DNA of 64,000 bases from an uncultured Bacteroides sp. (GTDB lineage Bacteria > Bacteroidota > Bacteroidia > Bacteroidales > Muribaculaceae), in the NCBI GenBank assembly GCA_964486445.1, contig CAZAME010000002.1:897-64896 (forward strand), in the 5' to 3' direction. Below, piece after piece: positions 10,212-20,297 of the stretch. Under the pieces are notes generated by a model. That model saw only the letters and a program-made list of their open reading frames with translations, had not been told where the DNA came from and ran no database searches. The position numbers and the translations under genes are program-made. The stretch's first letter is position 1. Every line of letters starts with the position of its first letter.

Positions 10212-12053
10212 TTATTCTGCTTCCTTGAGGACAATGTTTGCCGAGCATGCACGGTTGAGCTGCTTGATTTCGGCGTTGAATTGTTTTATGTCATCAACGC
10301 CGACAATGCCTCGGCGAGTGATGAGAGTGAGTGTACGCACCACACTGCGGCCATCGGGCGAAATCTCGTTGTCTACTTTGGCGCTTACCCATTTATTATT
10401 GATTTCTGTGCCTGAGGGCAGTTTGTCAGCTACCATACCTTCAGGCACATTGAGGGTGATGACTATCACTGTTTTGTCGGTAGACTCCATCATGCCGGGC
10501 GTTTTGCGGTCGGAGGGGGTAAAGCGTAAGTTTAATATATTGGGCGCTGGATTGATGTCGACTATCATCTGTTTGCCAGCTCGCTTTATTGCACCGGTCT
10601 GCTCTACAGTGCCTTCGATGACTATGGCATTTGCAGTATCAGAGCAAGTGGCCGAGCGAGTGTGGCCACCCTTGATGCGGCGGCTTAGAACATGCTCATA
10701 AAGGTCATTTCGCTTTGCCGGGGCAGTGTCGTCGACTGAAGAAATGAAACCTTTGCGTTTCATGCCAGTAATTGTAATACTTCCGGTGTAGGAGAGTGTC
10801 GAGGTGTCAGGGATGATGTTTACGGTCCATGCCGTGCTGTCGGTATATAATTCAGGGCGACATTTTGGGGTTTCGCCGATGATGTAGTTATCGGCGTCGC
10901 CTTCGATGATGGTCTGCACACCCGATTCAGCCACGGCGAGTTCACCCGGAGAAGTGTATTTGAGTGTTCCGTCGATATAAGTTATGGAGTCGCCATTGAC
11001 TACGGCGGCAATCATGTGGTTGCCCGATGACACGTTGGGCACATCGGTCCAGCGGGTGTCGATGACGTCGGTGCCGAGCCATACTCTGCGCGCATCTATG
11101 CCCAGCGAGCATAGCATTTCCTTGATGAGCGAGGCACTGCCTTTGCAGTCGCCGTAGGCTTTACGCAGAACTTCTGAGGCAAGATCGGGTTTCTGACCGA
11201 GCTCGCCGTTCTCAACAGCCACGTATCGTACTGTGTTATGCACAAAATCGGTGATGGCCTTTATGCGCTCTTCGTCGGTGTTGCAGTCTTTAGTAATCTC
11301 GCGAGCTTTAGCGGCCACTTCTGCAGCACCGGGATCATCTTTGGGAATATAGCTGTAGAGATATTTATATAATTCGTCGGTGTTTTTGAAATGACCGAGC
11401 ACAATAATCTCGGGCACAGTCAGATGCAACGATGGAGAATCGGAGTATGATTTGGGCTTCTTCAGGTCTTTGTAGGTATACTTGACATAGAGCGTGTTGT
11501 TTTTTTCCTCGGTTGTTTTCACAAACATGCTGTCGGGGAAACGGTGGTCAACAAGAGTATATCGCTCAGCGAGTGAGGATGGAATCTCGAAGATCATTTC
11601 TCCGTTCTCAACGTCGTAATGTTCGATTATCATGACGCCGGGGAAAAACTCGGGCTTATGGTAGGTGCGTTTATATGTGACATCGCGCGTAGCACCGGCT
11701 TTTTTTATCTCAGCAGTCATGATGCAAGCCTTTGCGTCGTCGAAGAAAACGTCGTCTGAGATATAAGAACCGAAGTGTTTCTCATCACCTGATGTCTTGT
11801 CGATTGTTATGAAGTCATTATAATAAGCAAGCACGGCGGCAGTAGCGTCTTTTTTGTTTGCTCTCAATGTTATCTTGGAAGTATGCTCCACGCGGTCGAG
11901 CGCAGTGCCACTTTTGTCGGGCACGAACTTATATGTGTCAGATATGTTCTGAATCACCACAGGGTCAGTGAGGGCAGCTGTTGCAGAGGCTGCTCCGATA
12001 AAAAACAGCAACAGAACTACTAAGTTCTTCACAGTATATAATCTCATAGGCAC
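10212..12053 (-). CDS. Secreted DUF3857/transglutaminase-domain protein
   Basis: Signal peptide, VRYVA, and a Cys-His-Asp triad in YGDCKG, GNHMI and YIDGT. Confidence 0.82.
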   Translation of the reverse strand: MPMRLYTVKNLVVLLLFFIGAASATAALTDPVVIQNISDTYKFVPDKSGTALDRVEHTSKITLRANKKDATAAVLAYYNDFITIDKTSGDEKHFGSYISDDVFFDDAKACIMTAEIKKAGATRDVTYKRTYHKPEFFPGVMIIEHYDVENGEMIFEIPSSLAERYTLVDHRFPDSMFVKTTEEKNNTLYVKYTYKDLKKPKSYSDSPSLHLTVPEIIVLGHFKNTDELYKYLYSYIPKDDPGAAEVAAKAREITKDCNTDEERIKAITDFVHNTVRYVAVENGELGQKPDLASEVLRKAYGDCKGSASLIKEMLCSLGIDARRVWLGTDVIDTRWTDVPNVSSGNHMIAAVVNGDSITYIDGTLKYTSPGELAVAESGVQTIIEGDADNYIIGETPKCRPELYTDSTAWTVNIIPDTSTLSYTGSITITGMKRKGFISSVDDTAPAKRNDLYEHVLSRRIKGGHTRSATCSDTANAIVIEGTVEQTGAIKRAGKQMIVDINPAPNILNLRFTPSDRKTPGMMESTDKTVIVITLNVPEGMVADKLPSGTEINNKWVSAKVDNEISPDGRSVVRTLTLITRRGIVGVDDIKQFNAEIKQLNRACSANIVLKEAE

Positions 12054-12157
12054 AATGTTTATTTTACAAAGATATGTATATCATATCAGAAATGCAATAT
12101 CACACAGCGCATTTGTGCGTATTCCCTACTTTTTTTATTGTTGCCATTATATATAGT

Positions 12158-12194
12158 AACAGGATGTCGCGCTATTATTGAGCGACATCCTGTT
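12158..12194 (-). terminator. Intrinsic terminator after dcp
   Basis: Inverted repeat aacaggatgtcgc / gcgacatcctgtt. Confidence 0.65.
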
Positions 12195-12217
12195 GTAAAT
12201 TTATAGAGTTATATCGG

Positions 12218-14431
12218 TTATTTTCCGGAGTGAGTGGCGGGGAGCTCGCGCGAAGGTTCGTCGAGCAGACCGCGGTTGCGCAGCAGGGCGTCAACACTGG
12301 GTTCATGACCGCGGAAGTTGATATACAGCTCCATGGGGTCGCGGCTACCGCCCATTTCCAGAATGTTCTCGCGGAAAGCCTTAGCTGTGGCAGGGTCAAA
12401 AATGCCCTTTTCAGCGAAGAGTTCAAATCCGTCGGTGTCAAGTACTTCGGCCCACAGATAGGTATAGTAGCCAGAGGCATAACCGTCGCTGCCGAAAACG
12501 TGCTTGAAGTAGGGTGAGCGGTAGCGGAACTGCACCTCTGAGGGCATGCCAAGTTCTTGTGCCACTTTGCTTTCGAAAGCGTCTACGTCAATCACATCGC
12601 CCTGGGCTGGGTTGAGTTTACCCCACTGCAGGTCAAGCAGCGCAGCGCCGGCAAGTTCGGTGGTGCTGAAGCCCTGATTGTGTGTCGAGGCAGCCTGCAG
12701 CTTGCGCACGAGTTCGTCGGGGATAAGTTCGCCGGTGAGGTAGTGTGTGGCATACTCCTTGAGCAGTTCAGGCTCAAGAGCCCAATGCTCGTGAATCTGC
12801 GAAGGCAACTCCACGAAGTCGCGGTCGACGTTTGTGCCGCTCTGGCTGCGATATTTAGCGCGGCTCAGCATGCCGTGAAGGCCGTGGCCAAACTCATGGA
12901 ACATAGTCTCGACCTCGTCGAGAGTGAGCAGAGCCGGAGTGTCGCCACTGGGGCGGCTGAAGTTGCCTACGTTATAGACCACCGGGCGCGATGCAGTGCC
13001 GTCTTCGTCGATCCACGAGCCTTTGAGTTCCTCCATCCATGCACCCTGGCGCTTGCTTGCGCGGGGGAAGTAGTCGGTCATAAACACAGCCACGTGCTCG
13101 CCGTTGTCGTCGGTGACGTCATAGACCTTGACTTCAGGATGATATTTCGGAGCATCGGGCAGTTCGGTGAAGTTTACACCGTAGAGCTTCTTTGCCATGG
13201 TGAAGATGCCCTTTCGCACGTTGTCGAGTGAGAAATATGCGCGAACCTCGTCTTCATCGAGGGCATATTTGTCGCGACGAACTTTCTCGGCATAATAATA
13301 GTAGTCATACGGAGCAATGGTGATGCCGGCACCTTCGCGATCGGCCAAAGCCTGCATTTCGGCAACTTCGTCGTGCACACGTTTCACGGCCGGTTTCCAT
13401 ATCTGCATCAGCAGATTCTCAGCAGCCTCGGGTGTCTTTGCCATGACATTGTCTGTCATATAAGAGGCAAAATCTTTGAATCCAAGTAATTTAGCCTTCT
13501 GAGCACGCAGCTTCACGATGTCGGCTATGACAGGGCGGTTGTCATATTCGCCGGAAAATGCCAGAGTAGTATAGCCTTCATACATGCGGCGGCGCAGGTC
13601 GCGGTTGTCGGCGTATTGCAACAATGGCAGGCGCGACGGAGCATGCAGTGTGAACACCCATTTGCCTTCATAACCACGTGCTTTGGCCTCGTCGGCAGCT
13701 TGAGCGATGCTTGATGCCGGCAGTCCGGCCAGGGATGCGCTGTCGTCTACCACGATTTCAAAAGCGTTGGTGGCGTTGAGCAGATTTTTGTTGAACTTGA
13801 GGTATAAGTCGGTCAGGCGAGTGTTGATCTGTTTGAGAGCTTCCTGGTCGGCGTCGCTCAGCAGGGCACCGTTGCGTGTAAAGTTTTTGTATGCAGTCTC
13901 CACGGCGCGACGCTGTGCTACATCATAACCGGCATTGTCGCGGTTGTCATAAAGTTGTTTTACGCGCGCGAAGAGTCGGCTGTCCATCATCACGCCATCC
14001 TGATGAAGTGAGTAGAGAGGCATCGCTTCTTCGGTGACTGCTACAAGTTCGGGAGAGGAATTGGTCTCGTTGAGCGACATGAGCACGCGCATTGTGCGGT
14101 CAAGCAGATCTCCCGACTTTTCCATTGCCAGAATGGTGTTGTCGAATGTTGGTGATTCAGGATTTGTGGCAATCTTCTCGAGCTCGGCTTTGTGCTGAGC
14201 GATACCAGCGCGAATTGCGGGCATATAGTCGGTTATGGCGATGCTCTCAAACGGAGGGATAGCGAAACGGTCGGGGTAAGGTTTTACAAAAGGGTTGTCT
14301 TTCAGGCAACCTTCGCCGTGTTTGTGCTCGCCGCCGCATTTGTGGTCGGCGCCGCAGTTGTCGGCCATCGCTGTGGAGCCGCCAATGAAGCAGGCAGCAG
14401 CCAGGAGCAAGAAGTGGGGTTTCATAAGCAT
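12218..14431 (-). CDS. dcp: Peptidyl-dipeptidase Dcp (M3 metallopeptidase)
   Basis: FHEFGHGLH zinc motif, DFVELPSQ, GYYTYLWAEVLD and a signal peptide. Confidence 0.93.
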   Translation of the reverse strand: MLMKPHFLLLAAACFIGGSTAMADNCGADHKCGGEHKHGEGCLKDNPFVKPYPDRFAIPPFESIAITDYMPAIRAGIAQHKAELEKIATNPESPTFDNTILAMEKSGDLLDRTMRVLMSLNETNSSPELVAVTEEAMPLYSLHQDGVMMDSRLFARVKQLYDNRDNAGYDVAQRRAVETAYKNFTRNGALLSDADQEALKQINTRLTDLYLKFNKNLLNATNAFEIVVDDSASLAGLPASSIAQAADEAKARGYEGKWVFTLHAPSRLPLLQYADNRDLRRRMYEGYTTLAFSGEYDNRPVIADIVKLRAQKAKLLGFKDFASYMTDNVMAKTPEAAENLLMQIWKPAVKRVHDEVAEMQALADREGAGITIAPYDYYYYAEKVRRDKYALDEDEVRAYFSLDNVRKGIFTMAKKLYGVNFTELPDAPKYHPEVKVYDVTDDNGEHVAVFMTDYFPRASKRQGAWMEELKGSWIDEDGTASRPVVYNVGNFSRPSGDTPALLTLDEVETMFHEFGHGLHGMLSRAKYRSQSGTNVDRDFVELPSQIHEHWALEPELLKEYATHYLTGELIPDELVRKLQAASTHNQGFSTTELAGAALLDLQWGKLNPAQGDVIDVDAFESKVAQELGMPSEVQFRYRSPYFKHVFGSDGYASGYYTYLWAEVLDTDGFELFAEKGIFDPATAKAFRENILEMGGSRDPMELYINFRGHEPSVDALLRNRGLLDEPSRELPATHSGK

Positions 14432-14459
14432 GATTGTTTATTGATGATTTTGTTGATTT

Positions 14460-15578
14460 TTATTTCGGTTGATTAAGAAACTCAAATATTGTGACAAGCG
14501 GATAGTGATCGCTGTTGCGGTTGTCGTGGCGCCCGCACGACAACGCCCGCAGGTCACCGCGATAAAGCGTGTGGTCAATGCGGAAGGGGAATATGCGCCG
14601 GTTGTAAGTCACCATAGGGCCGAAGCCCGCCGTGGAGTAGGCGCTCGACATGCCACCACCGGCCTTGGATATAGTGCGCAGAGTGTAGCTGCCCGGTACA
14701 TCATTGAAGTCACCTGTGACTATGACATTGCGGCAGGGGTGGGCATTGATAAAAGCGACCAGAGAATCAGCATCGATGGCTCTTTGCTCGTTGGCATGCA
14801 CCACTTTGTCGAGGAGTAACGACCGTGCCTCTTTAAGTTCGCTTCTGTTGGCATCGAGATTCGCCACATCATTATATAGCTGCTTGTCATCGTCGTTTAA
14901 GCCGAATGACCTGAGGTGAACGTTATATATTCTCAGCGTGTCTTGCCTGATGTATACGTCGACTGCGAGAACTGAGTAGCGCAGATCTGATGTCGAGAAG
15001 TCATCGAGTACATCAAAAGGCCATTTACTCAGCATCATGTTTTCGGAGTTGCCTGAAAAGAAATGGTAGGGATACTTCTCTTCAAGAGAGTCTATCTGCT
15101 GCTGGGTGATGTGTAGTGCTGGTGACGGTGTCATAGCAAAACCTTCCTGTATGGCTGCGATGTCGGCGTCGGTGCTCAATATATGGCTAATTGCCGGATT
15201 CACGTCTCCCGGATATGGGTTGTCGGGTAAAAGGGATGTCAGGTGGAATAAGTTGTATGACAGTAGCTTAAATGTGTCGTTGCCCTCCTTTGCACTCTTG
15301 CTGAAGTTTAGCGGGCAATAATCAATAGCTGCTCCGCCGCTTAGCACAAGAGCTCCTGCTGCAACCCATGTCGCCCGGCTTCTGCACACCAATCCGATGA
15401 CCACCAATATTGCCGTGGCTGCCAGCCATGCCGGGCATGTCATTGCCAGCAGGTTCGCAGGTCGCCAATCAGCAGGATTTATGTATCCTGCGTAAGCCGA
15501 CAAAATCGTGAGGATTGCAACCGGCACGGTTATGCACCAGATAATTACAGATAATATTTTGGAGGGCGATATCCTCAT
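14460..15578 (-). CDS. Membrane-anchored endonuclease/exonuclease/phosphatase family protein
   Basis: N-terminal TM segments, then LLSYN, AIQE, VHLRS, GDFND, RIDH and SDHYP motifs. Confidence 0.88.
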   Translation of the reverse strand: MRISPSKILSVIIWCITVPVAILTILSAYAGYINPADWRPANLLAMTCPAWLAATAILVVIGLVCRSRATWVAAGALVLSGGAAIDYCPLNFSKSAKEGNDTFKLLSYNLFHLTSLLPDNPYPGDVNPAISHILSTDADIAAIQEGFAMTPSPALHITQQQIDSLEEKYPYHFFSGNSENMMLSKWPFDVLDDFSTSDLRYSVLAVDVYIRQDTLRIYNVHLRSFGLNDDDKQLYNDVANLDANRSELKEARSLLLDKVVHANEQRAIDADSLVAFINAHPCRNVIVTGDFNDVPGSYTLRTISKAGGGMSSAYSTAGFGPMVTYNRRIFPFRIDHTLYRGDLRALSCGRHDNRNSDHYPLVTIFEFLNQPK

Positions 15579-16495
15579 TTTATTCGGCGGCTGACGTCAA
15601 ACAGTTCTCGCTTTTCATCGGCGGTGAGGCCGGTGTAGCCCGATTTTTTTACTTTCTCGAGGATGGCGTCGAGGCGTCGCTGGTCGGCGTCGGTGAAGGG
15701 TTGCTGCTGTGTTTTAGCATTTGTGTGTGCCTTGGTGTCGGCCTTGGCCTTATGCTTGTCGAAACGTTGAAATTTTGGCCGGCGCACCGATTTGCCGGGC
15801 TTGAAAAGCTTGCCTATTGCATTGATCCACCCCAATATAGGCATGGCGATGTCGCGGCCCCGACGCAATTGCATGCCATACACGAAGCCCATGATGGCTC
15901 CGCCTATATGAGCGTAGCGGCTACCGGCCTGTTCGCCAGTTGAAGTGAGCACAAACAGCACCAAAGCCCCCACAGCTATCCATTTGAGCTTGATCTCGCC
16001 AAGGAGCATCATGCGCAGTGGCATGTCGGGGTATATTGTAGCTGCGCCGGTAACGATTGCCATAACTGCTGCCGACGAACCGATGAGTGAAGACCATGCT
16101 ACATGGTTATCGCCAATGATGTTACATCCTGCGGCAAATGCAGCAGCACCGGCCAGGCCACCGCACACATACAGTACCGCCAGCCTACGCCCGTCGGCAA
16201 GCATCATGAATATGCGGCCGAATCCATAGAGCCACAGCATGTTGAAGAGCAGATGAAGCACATCATACTGCGAGAACATATAAATAAGTGGGGTCCAGGG
16301 GCGCATGGCAAGCGCGTGTATGTCGGCAGGCATTGCCCACAGACCAAGCCATAAGGAGTCGGGTGAGTTGGTGATGGCGCAGACTGCTTCGCCGGCTTTA
16401 AGCAGAACAAACACAAGCACATTCACCGCCACCAACCGTGCGGGCATGCCGGCAGTGCTCCACCACAGCTTTGCTTTATTGAAAGTAGTTGCCAT
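15575..16495 (-). CDS. Rhomboid intramembrane protease with a soluble C-terminal domain
   Basis: RPWT, HLLFNM, GSSAAV, AHIGG, and a C-terminal LDAILEKVKKSGYTGLT domain. Confidence 0.88.
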   Translation of the reverse strand: MATTFNKAKLWWSTAGMPARLVAVNVLVFVLLKAGEAVCAITNSPDSLWLGLWAMPADIHALAMRPWTPLIYMFSQYDVLHLLFNMLWLYGFGRIFMMLADGRRLAVLYVCGGLAGAAAFAAGCNIIGDNHVAWSSLIGSSAAVMAIVTGAATIYPDMPLRMMLLGEIKLKWIAVGALVLFVLTSTGEQAGSRYAHIGGAIMGFVYGMQLRRGRDIAMPILGWINAIGKLFKPGKSVRRPKFQRFDKHKAKADTKAHTNAKTQQQPFTDADQRRLDAILEKVKKSGYTGLTADEKRELFDVSRRIK

Positions 16496-17231
16496 TATTG
16501 GTAGCCTGACGTTTCCAAATCAATACAATTATAGCACCGACAAGCATGCCGCCCAAATGTGCGAAGTGGGCGATATTGTCCTGCACGCGACCCATGCCGA
16601 GGCCAAACTCAAGCAGAGCATATCCGAGAACAACCCATTTGGCTTTCACAGGCACGGGGATAAACATTATAAACAGCTCGCGGTTGGGGTAGACTAGGGC
16701 AAATGCTGCGAGAATGCCGTAGATGGCACCCGAAGCGCCGACTGTAGATCCGTTGACGAGTCCGTTGATTTTTGCGGCCAGCGGGTCGGTGAAATTCATG
16801 CCTTGGGATATGGCATCCCAGCCGCGGGAGATGATGTAGTGGAGTTCGTCGGGATTCATGCCTGCGGTGAGCGAGTGGAGCCTGATGGCATATACACCCT
16901 CCTGTATCAGTGCCGCGCCAAGACCGCAGGAGATATAGAAGAAAAGGAAGCGCTTTTGTCCGAAGGTCCACTCAAGCGTAGATCCGAATATCCATAAAGC
17001 AAACATGTTGAAGAACAGGTGGGTTATGCCTCCGTGGATAAACATGTATGTAAAAAGTTGCGCAGGATTGAATCCCGGCGACGAGAAGTAGTGCAGAGCA
17101 CCGAGATTCTCGAGCGTCATGACTTTTGACTCAGGGAAAATCGCAGTGAAAAGCCACACTATCACGTTGAGTATGATGAGAGTGCGCGTAACCTGAGGCG
17201 TATTTGCAAGAAATGATATTCGTGAATTCAT
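16476..17231 (-). CDS. Rhomboid intramembrane serine protease
   Basis: HLFFNM, GASG (catalytic Ser) and AHFAHLGG (catalytic His). Start taken as the ATG at 17231. Confidence 0.92.
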   Translation of the reverse strand: MNSRISFLANTPQVTRTLIILNVIVWLFTAIFPESKVMTLENLGALHYFSSPGFNPAQLFTYMFIHGGITHLFFNMFALWIFGSTLEWTFGQKRFLFFYISCGLGAALIQEGVYAIRLHSLTAGMNPDELHYIISRGWDAISQGMNFTDPLAAKINGLVNGSTVGASGAIYGILAAFALVYPNRELFIMFIPVPVKAKWVVLGYALLEFGLGMGRVQDNIAHFAHLGGMLVGAIIVLIWKRQATNNGNYFQ

Positions 17232-17425
17232 TATATAGTGCAATTGTGTTGATGCTGAATATATAGATTACAAAGTTACGAAAATCTCGACTAATGCGCA
17301 TCATGCGTTGGGTCAAATAAGTTTTTTTGACGAATTTTGCTATCGTTTTTGCCCGTCGCCCCAGCTTTCAGATAAATTAAGGTAATTTTAATGTCAAGGT
17401 CTTAGGTAATGCGCTTAGGAATTGT

Positions 17426-17434
17426 TAATTTTGC
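17426..17434 (+). promoter_or_regulatory. -7 promoter box for galE
   Basis: TAATTTTGC matches TAnnTTTG. Confidence 0.6.
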
Positions 17435-17520
17435 GGAAGATTGCGCATCGTGTGCTGACGATGCAGCTTATCTCAAGCGATGATTTCTAAATACAAACAT
17501 AAATATATATCAACTTAGTT

Positions 17521-18558
17521 ATGAAAAAAGAGCGCATCCTCGTCACCGGTGGTACCGGATATATCGGTTCGCACACTGTGGTCGAACTGCAGAATGCAGG
17601 CTACGACGTAGTCATCATCGATAACCTCTCAAACTCAAATGCCGACGTTCTCGACGGCATCGAGCGCATCACCGGAGTACGCCCCGCTTTTGTTGAGGCA
17701 GACTGCACCGACATCAACGCGCTGCGCAAGCTTTTTGTAGACTATCCCGGCATCGCCGGCATCATAAACTTTGCTGCCAGCAAGGCCGTGGGAGAGTCGA
17801 TGCAAAAGCCCATTCTTTATTACCGCAATAACCTCGGCACACTGCTCAACCTGCTCGACATGATGAGTGAATTTGGCGTAAAAGGTCTGGTCTTTTCATC
17901 GTCATGCACCGTCTATGGCGAGCCCGACGAAAATCCTGTCACCGAGGCTGCTCCTATCAAGAAGGCAACTTCGCCTTATGGCAACACCAAGCAGATCTCG
18001 GAGGAGATTATCACTGACACAATCAACGCAGGAGCACCATTCAAGAGCGTTATTCTGCGCTACTTCAATCCGGTAGGCGCTCATCCATCGGCCGAGATCG
18101 GAGAGCTCCCCAACGGTGTTCCTCAGAACCTCATTCCATATCTCACCCAGACCGCTATTGGTATCCGCAAGGAACTCAGCGTCTTTGGCGATGACTATGA
18201 CACTCCCGACGGTTCATGCATCCGCGACTACATCAATGTGGTTGACCTTGCCAAGGCGCACGTGATAGCCGTGGAGCGTATGCTCAACAATAAGAGCGAT
18301 GCCAAGATTGAGATCTTCAATCTCGGTACCGGCAACGGTCTGTCTGTGCTTGAGCTTATCAAGGCATTTGAAACCGCTACCGGTGTAAAAGTTCCGCACA
18401 AAATTGTTGGCCGCCGTGCCGGCGATATAGAGAAAGTGTGGGCTAATCCCAAGTATGCCAACGAAGTATTGGGTTGGAAGGCCGACACCTCTATCGAAGA
18501 TACTATGCGCTCGGCCTGGCAGTGGCAGTGCCGTCTGCGCGAGCGTGGTGTCATGTAA
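17521..18558 (+). CDS. galE: UDP-glucose 4-epimerase
   Basis: GGTGYIGSH, FSSSCTVYG, YGNTK, LRYFNP and DGSCIRDY motifs. Confidence 0.96.
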   Translation: MKKERILVTGGTGYIGSHTVVELQNAGYDVVIIDNLSNSNADVLDGIERITGVRPAFVEADCTDINALRKLFVDYPGIAGIINFAASKAVGESMQKPILYYRNNLGTLLNLLDMMSEFGVKGLVFSSSCTVYGEPDENPVTEAAPIKKATSPYGNTKQISEEIITDTINAGAPFKSVILRYFNPVGAHPSAEIGELPNGVPQNLIPYLTQTAIGIRKELSVFGDDYDTPDGSCIRDYINVVDLAKAHVIAVERMLNNKSDAKIEIFNLGTGNGLSVLELIKAFETATGVKVPHKIVGRRAGDIEKVWANPKYANEVLGWKADTSIEDTMRSAWQWQCRLRERGVM

Positions 18559-18613
18559 GAGACACGGCGTCCACCACTCTGTTTGATATAATCTTTTCTC
18601 CTCTGTCTTGACG

Positions 18614-20212
18614 ATGAATAAAAAACTAATTTTCACTCTGTTTTTCTTAGCCGTTGCCCTCGGGGGAGCGGCTAAGAATCTTTCTGCCTCTGACGCCGAC
18701 AAGAAATTGCGTATGAGCCAGCAGATAATTCTCAATTATTATGTCGACTCGCTCGATAATGACGCTATTGTCACTGAGGCAATTAACGCCATGTTGTCGA
18801 CTCTTGATCCGCACTCGGTCTACACCGACAAGAAAGAGACCGAGGAACTCACGCGGCCGCTCGAAGGAAAATTCAGCGGCATCGGCATTGCCTTCAATCT
18901 TGTAAGGGACACTGTCTATGTTGTCTCCACAGTGGCGGGCGGTCCGTCGGAGCGTGTGGGGCTTCAGGCTGGCGACCGCATAATTTCGGCAAACGATTCG
19001 CTCCTTGTGGGGCGCGACCGCACGGCCGTCATGGGCTTCCTCCGAGGCGACAAGGGCACTAAAGTCAATCTGCGCGTGCGCCGTGGCAGTGAAGACATGA
19101 TGTTTCGTGTCACACGCGATGATATACCCATCTATAGCGTAGACGCAGCCTATATGGCCGATCCTACCACCGGATATATACGCATCAGCCGCTTCGCCGA
19201 AGACACTGCCAAGGAAGTGCTCGAGGCAATGCAGAAGCTTTATGCCAAGGGCATGAAAAATATTATTATAGATCTTCAGGGGAACACCGGCGGATATCTG
19301 GGCTCGGCATACGAGTTGGCCGAAATATTCCTCCACAAGGGAGACCCGGTTGTGTCTACCAAAGGCAGCCGCGTCAAAGACATGAATTATGCCACCCAAC
19401 GCGAGGGCGTGTTTACCGACGGTCGTGTAGTGGTTCTTGTCGATCAATTCTCGGCGTCGGCAAGCGAGATTCTTGCCGGTGCCATTCAGGATAATGACCG
19501 CGGTGTCATTGTCGGCCGCCGCACCTTCGGCAAGGGCCTGGTGCAGCGCCCCTTCCCCCTGCCCGACGGATCGATGATACGTCTGACGACCTCGCGCTAC
19601 TATACACCCTCAGGCCGTTGTATCCAGAAACCTTATACCCGAGGTAAGCGCGACGACTATGATCTCGACATTCTCAACCGCTTTAATCACGGTGAACTCA
19701 CTGAGGCCGACAGTGTGCACGCAATGCCCGACTCGCTCCGCTACTCTACATTGCGCCGCGGTCGTGCTGTGTATGGTGGAGGTGGCATACAGCCAGATGT
19801 GTTTGTTGCCCTCGACACGATGCCCAACACCACTTATTACCGTAACCTGATTGCTAAGGGGGTGGTGAATCAGTATGCACTCAATTACATCGATACTCAC
19901 CGCAAGGAACTCAAGAAAAAGTATAAGAACGAAGACAAGTTTATGAAAAACTTCGAGGTCACCGATGATATGATTGAAGACCTCATTGCCCGTGGCGAGC
20001 AAGACTCGATAGCTTGTAACCGCGAGGAACTCGCCCGCTCACTCCCCACGCTTCGTGCTGTGGTCAAGGGGCTGTTTATGCGCGATCTCTTCGACGACGG
20101 CACATATTATCAGGTAGTAAATCCGCTGAGCGAAGTATATCGACGTGGTCTCGAGGTTATTAACTCGAAAGTAGAGTATGATGATATTCTTAATGGGGGC
20201 ACCGACAAATAG
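18614..20212 (+). CDS. C-terminal processing protease (S41 family, PDZ)
   Basis: LDPHSVY, GIGI PDZ loop, DLQGNTGG, SASASE and FGKG motifs. Confidence 0.92.
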   Translation: MNKKLIFTLFFLAVALGGAAKNLSASDADKKLRMSQQIILNYYVDSLDNDAIVTEAINAMLSTLDPHSVYTDKKETEELTRPLEGKFSGIGIAFNLVRDTVYVVSTVAGGPSERVGLQAGDRIISANDSLLVGRDRTAVMGFLRGDKGTKVNLRVRRGSEDMMFRVTRDDIPIYSVDAAYMADPTTGYIRISRFAEDTAKEVLEAMQKLYAKGMKNIIIDLQGNTGGYLGSAYELAEIFLHKGDPVVSTKGSRVKDMNYATQREGVFTDGRVVVLVDQFSASASEILAGAIQDNDRGVIVGRRTFGKGLVQRPFPLPDGSMIRLTTSRYYTPSGRCIQKPYTRGKRDDYDLDILNRFNHGELTEADSVHAMPDSLRYSTLRRGRAVYGGGGIQPDVFVALDTMPNTTYYRNLIAKGVVNQYALNYIDTHRKELKKKYKNEDKFMKNFEVTDDMIEDLIARGEQDSIACNREELARSLPTLRAVVKGLFMRDLFDDGTYYQVVNPLSEVYRRGLEVINSKVEYDDILNGGTDK

Positions 20213-20237
20213 ATAGTGACATAAACCGGCATAAGAA

Positions 20238-20273
20238 AATCAGCCATCCAACCTTGCGGTCGGGTGGCTGATT
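20238..20273. terminator. Terminator between convergent genes
   Basis: Hairpin aatcagccatcc / gggtggctgatt. Confidence 0.7.
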
Positions 20274-20297
20274 GGTTATATCGTATATAGTTGTTTA

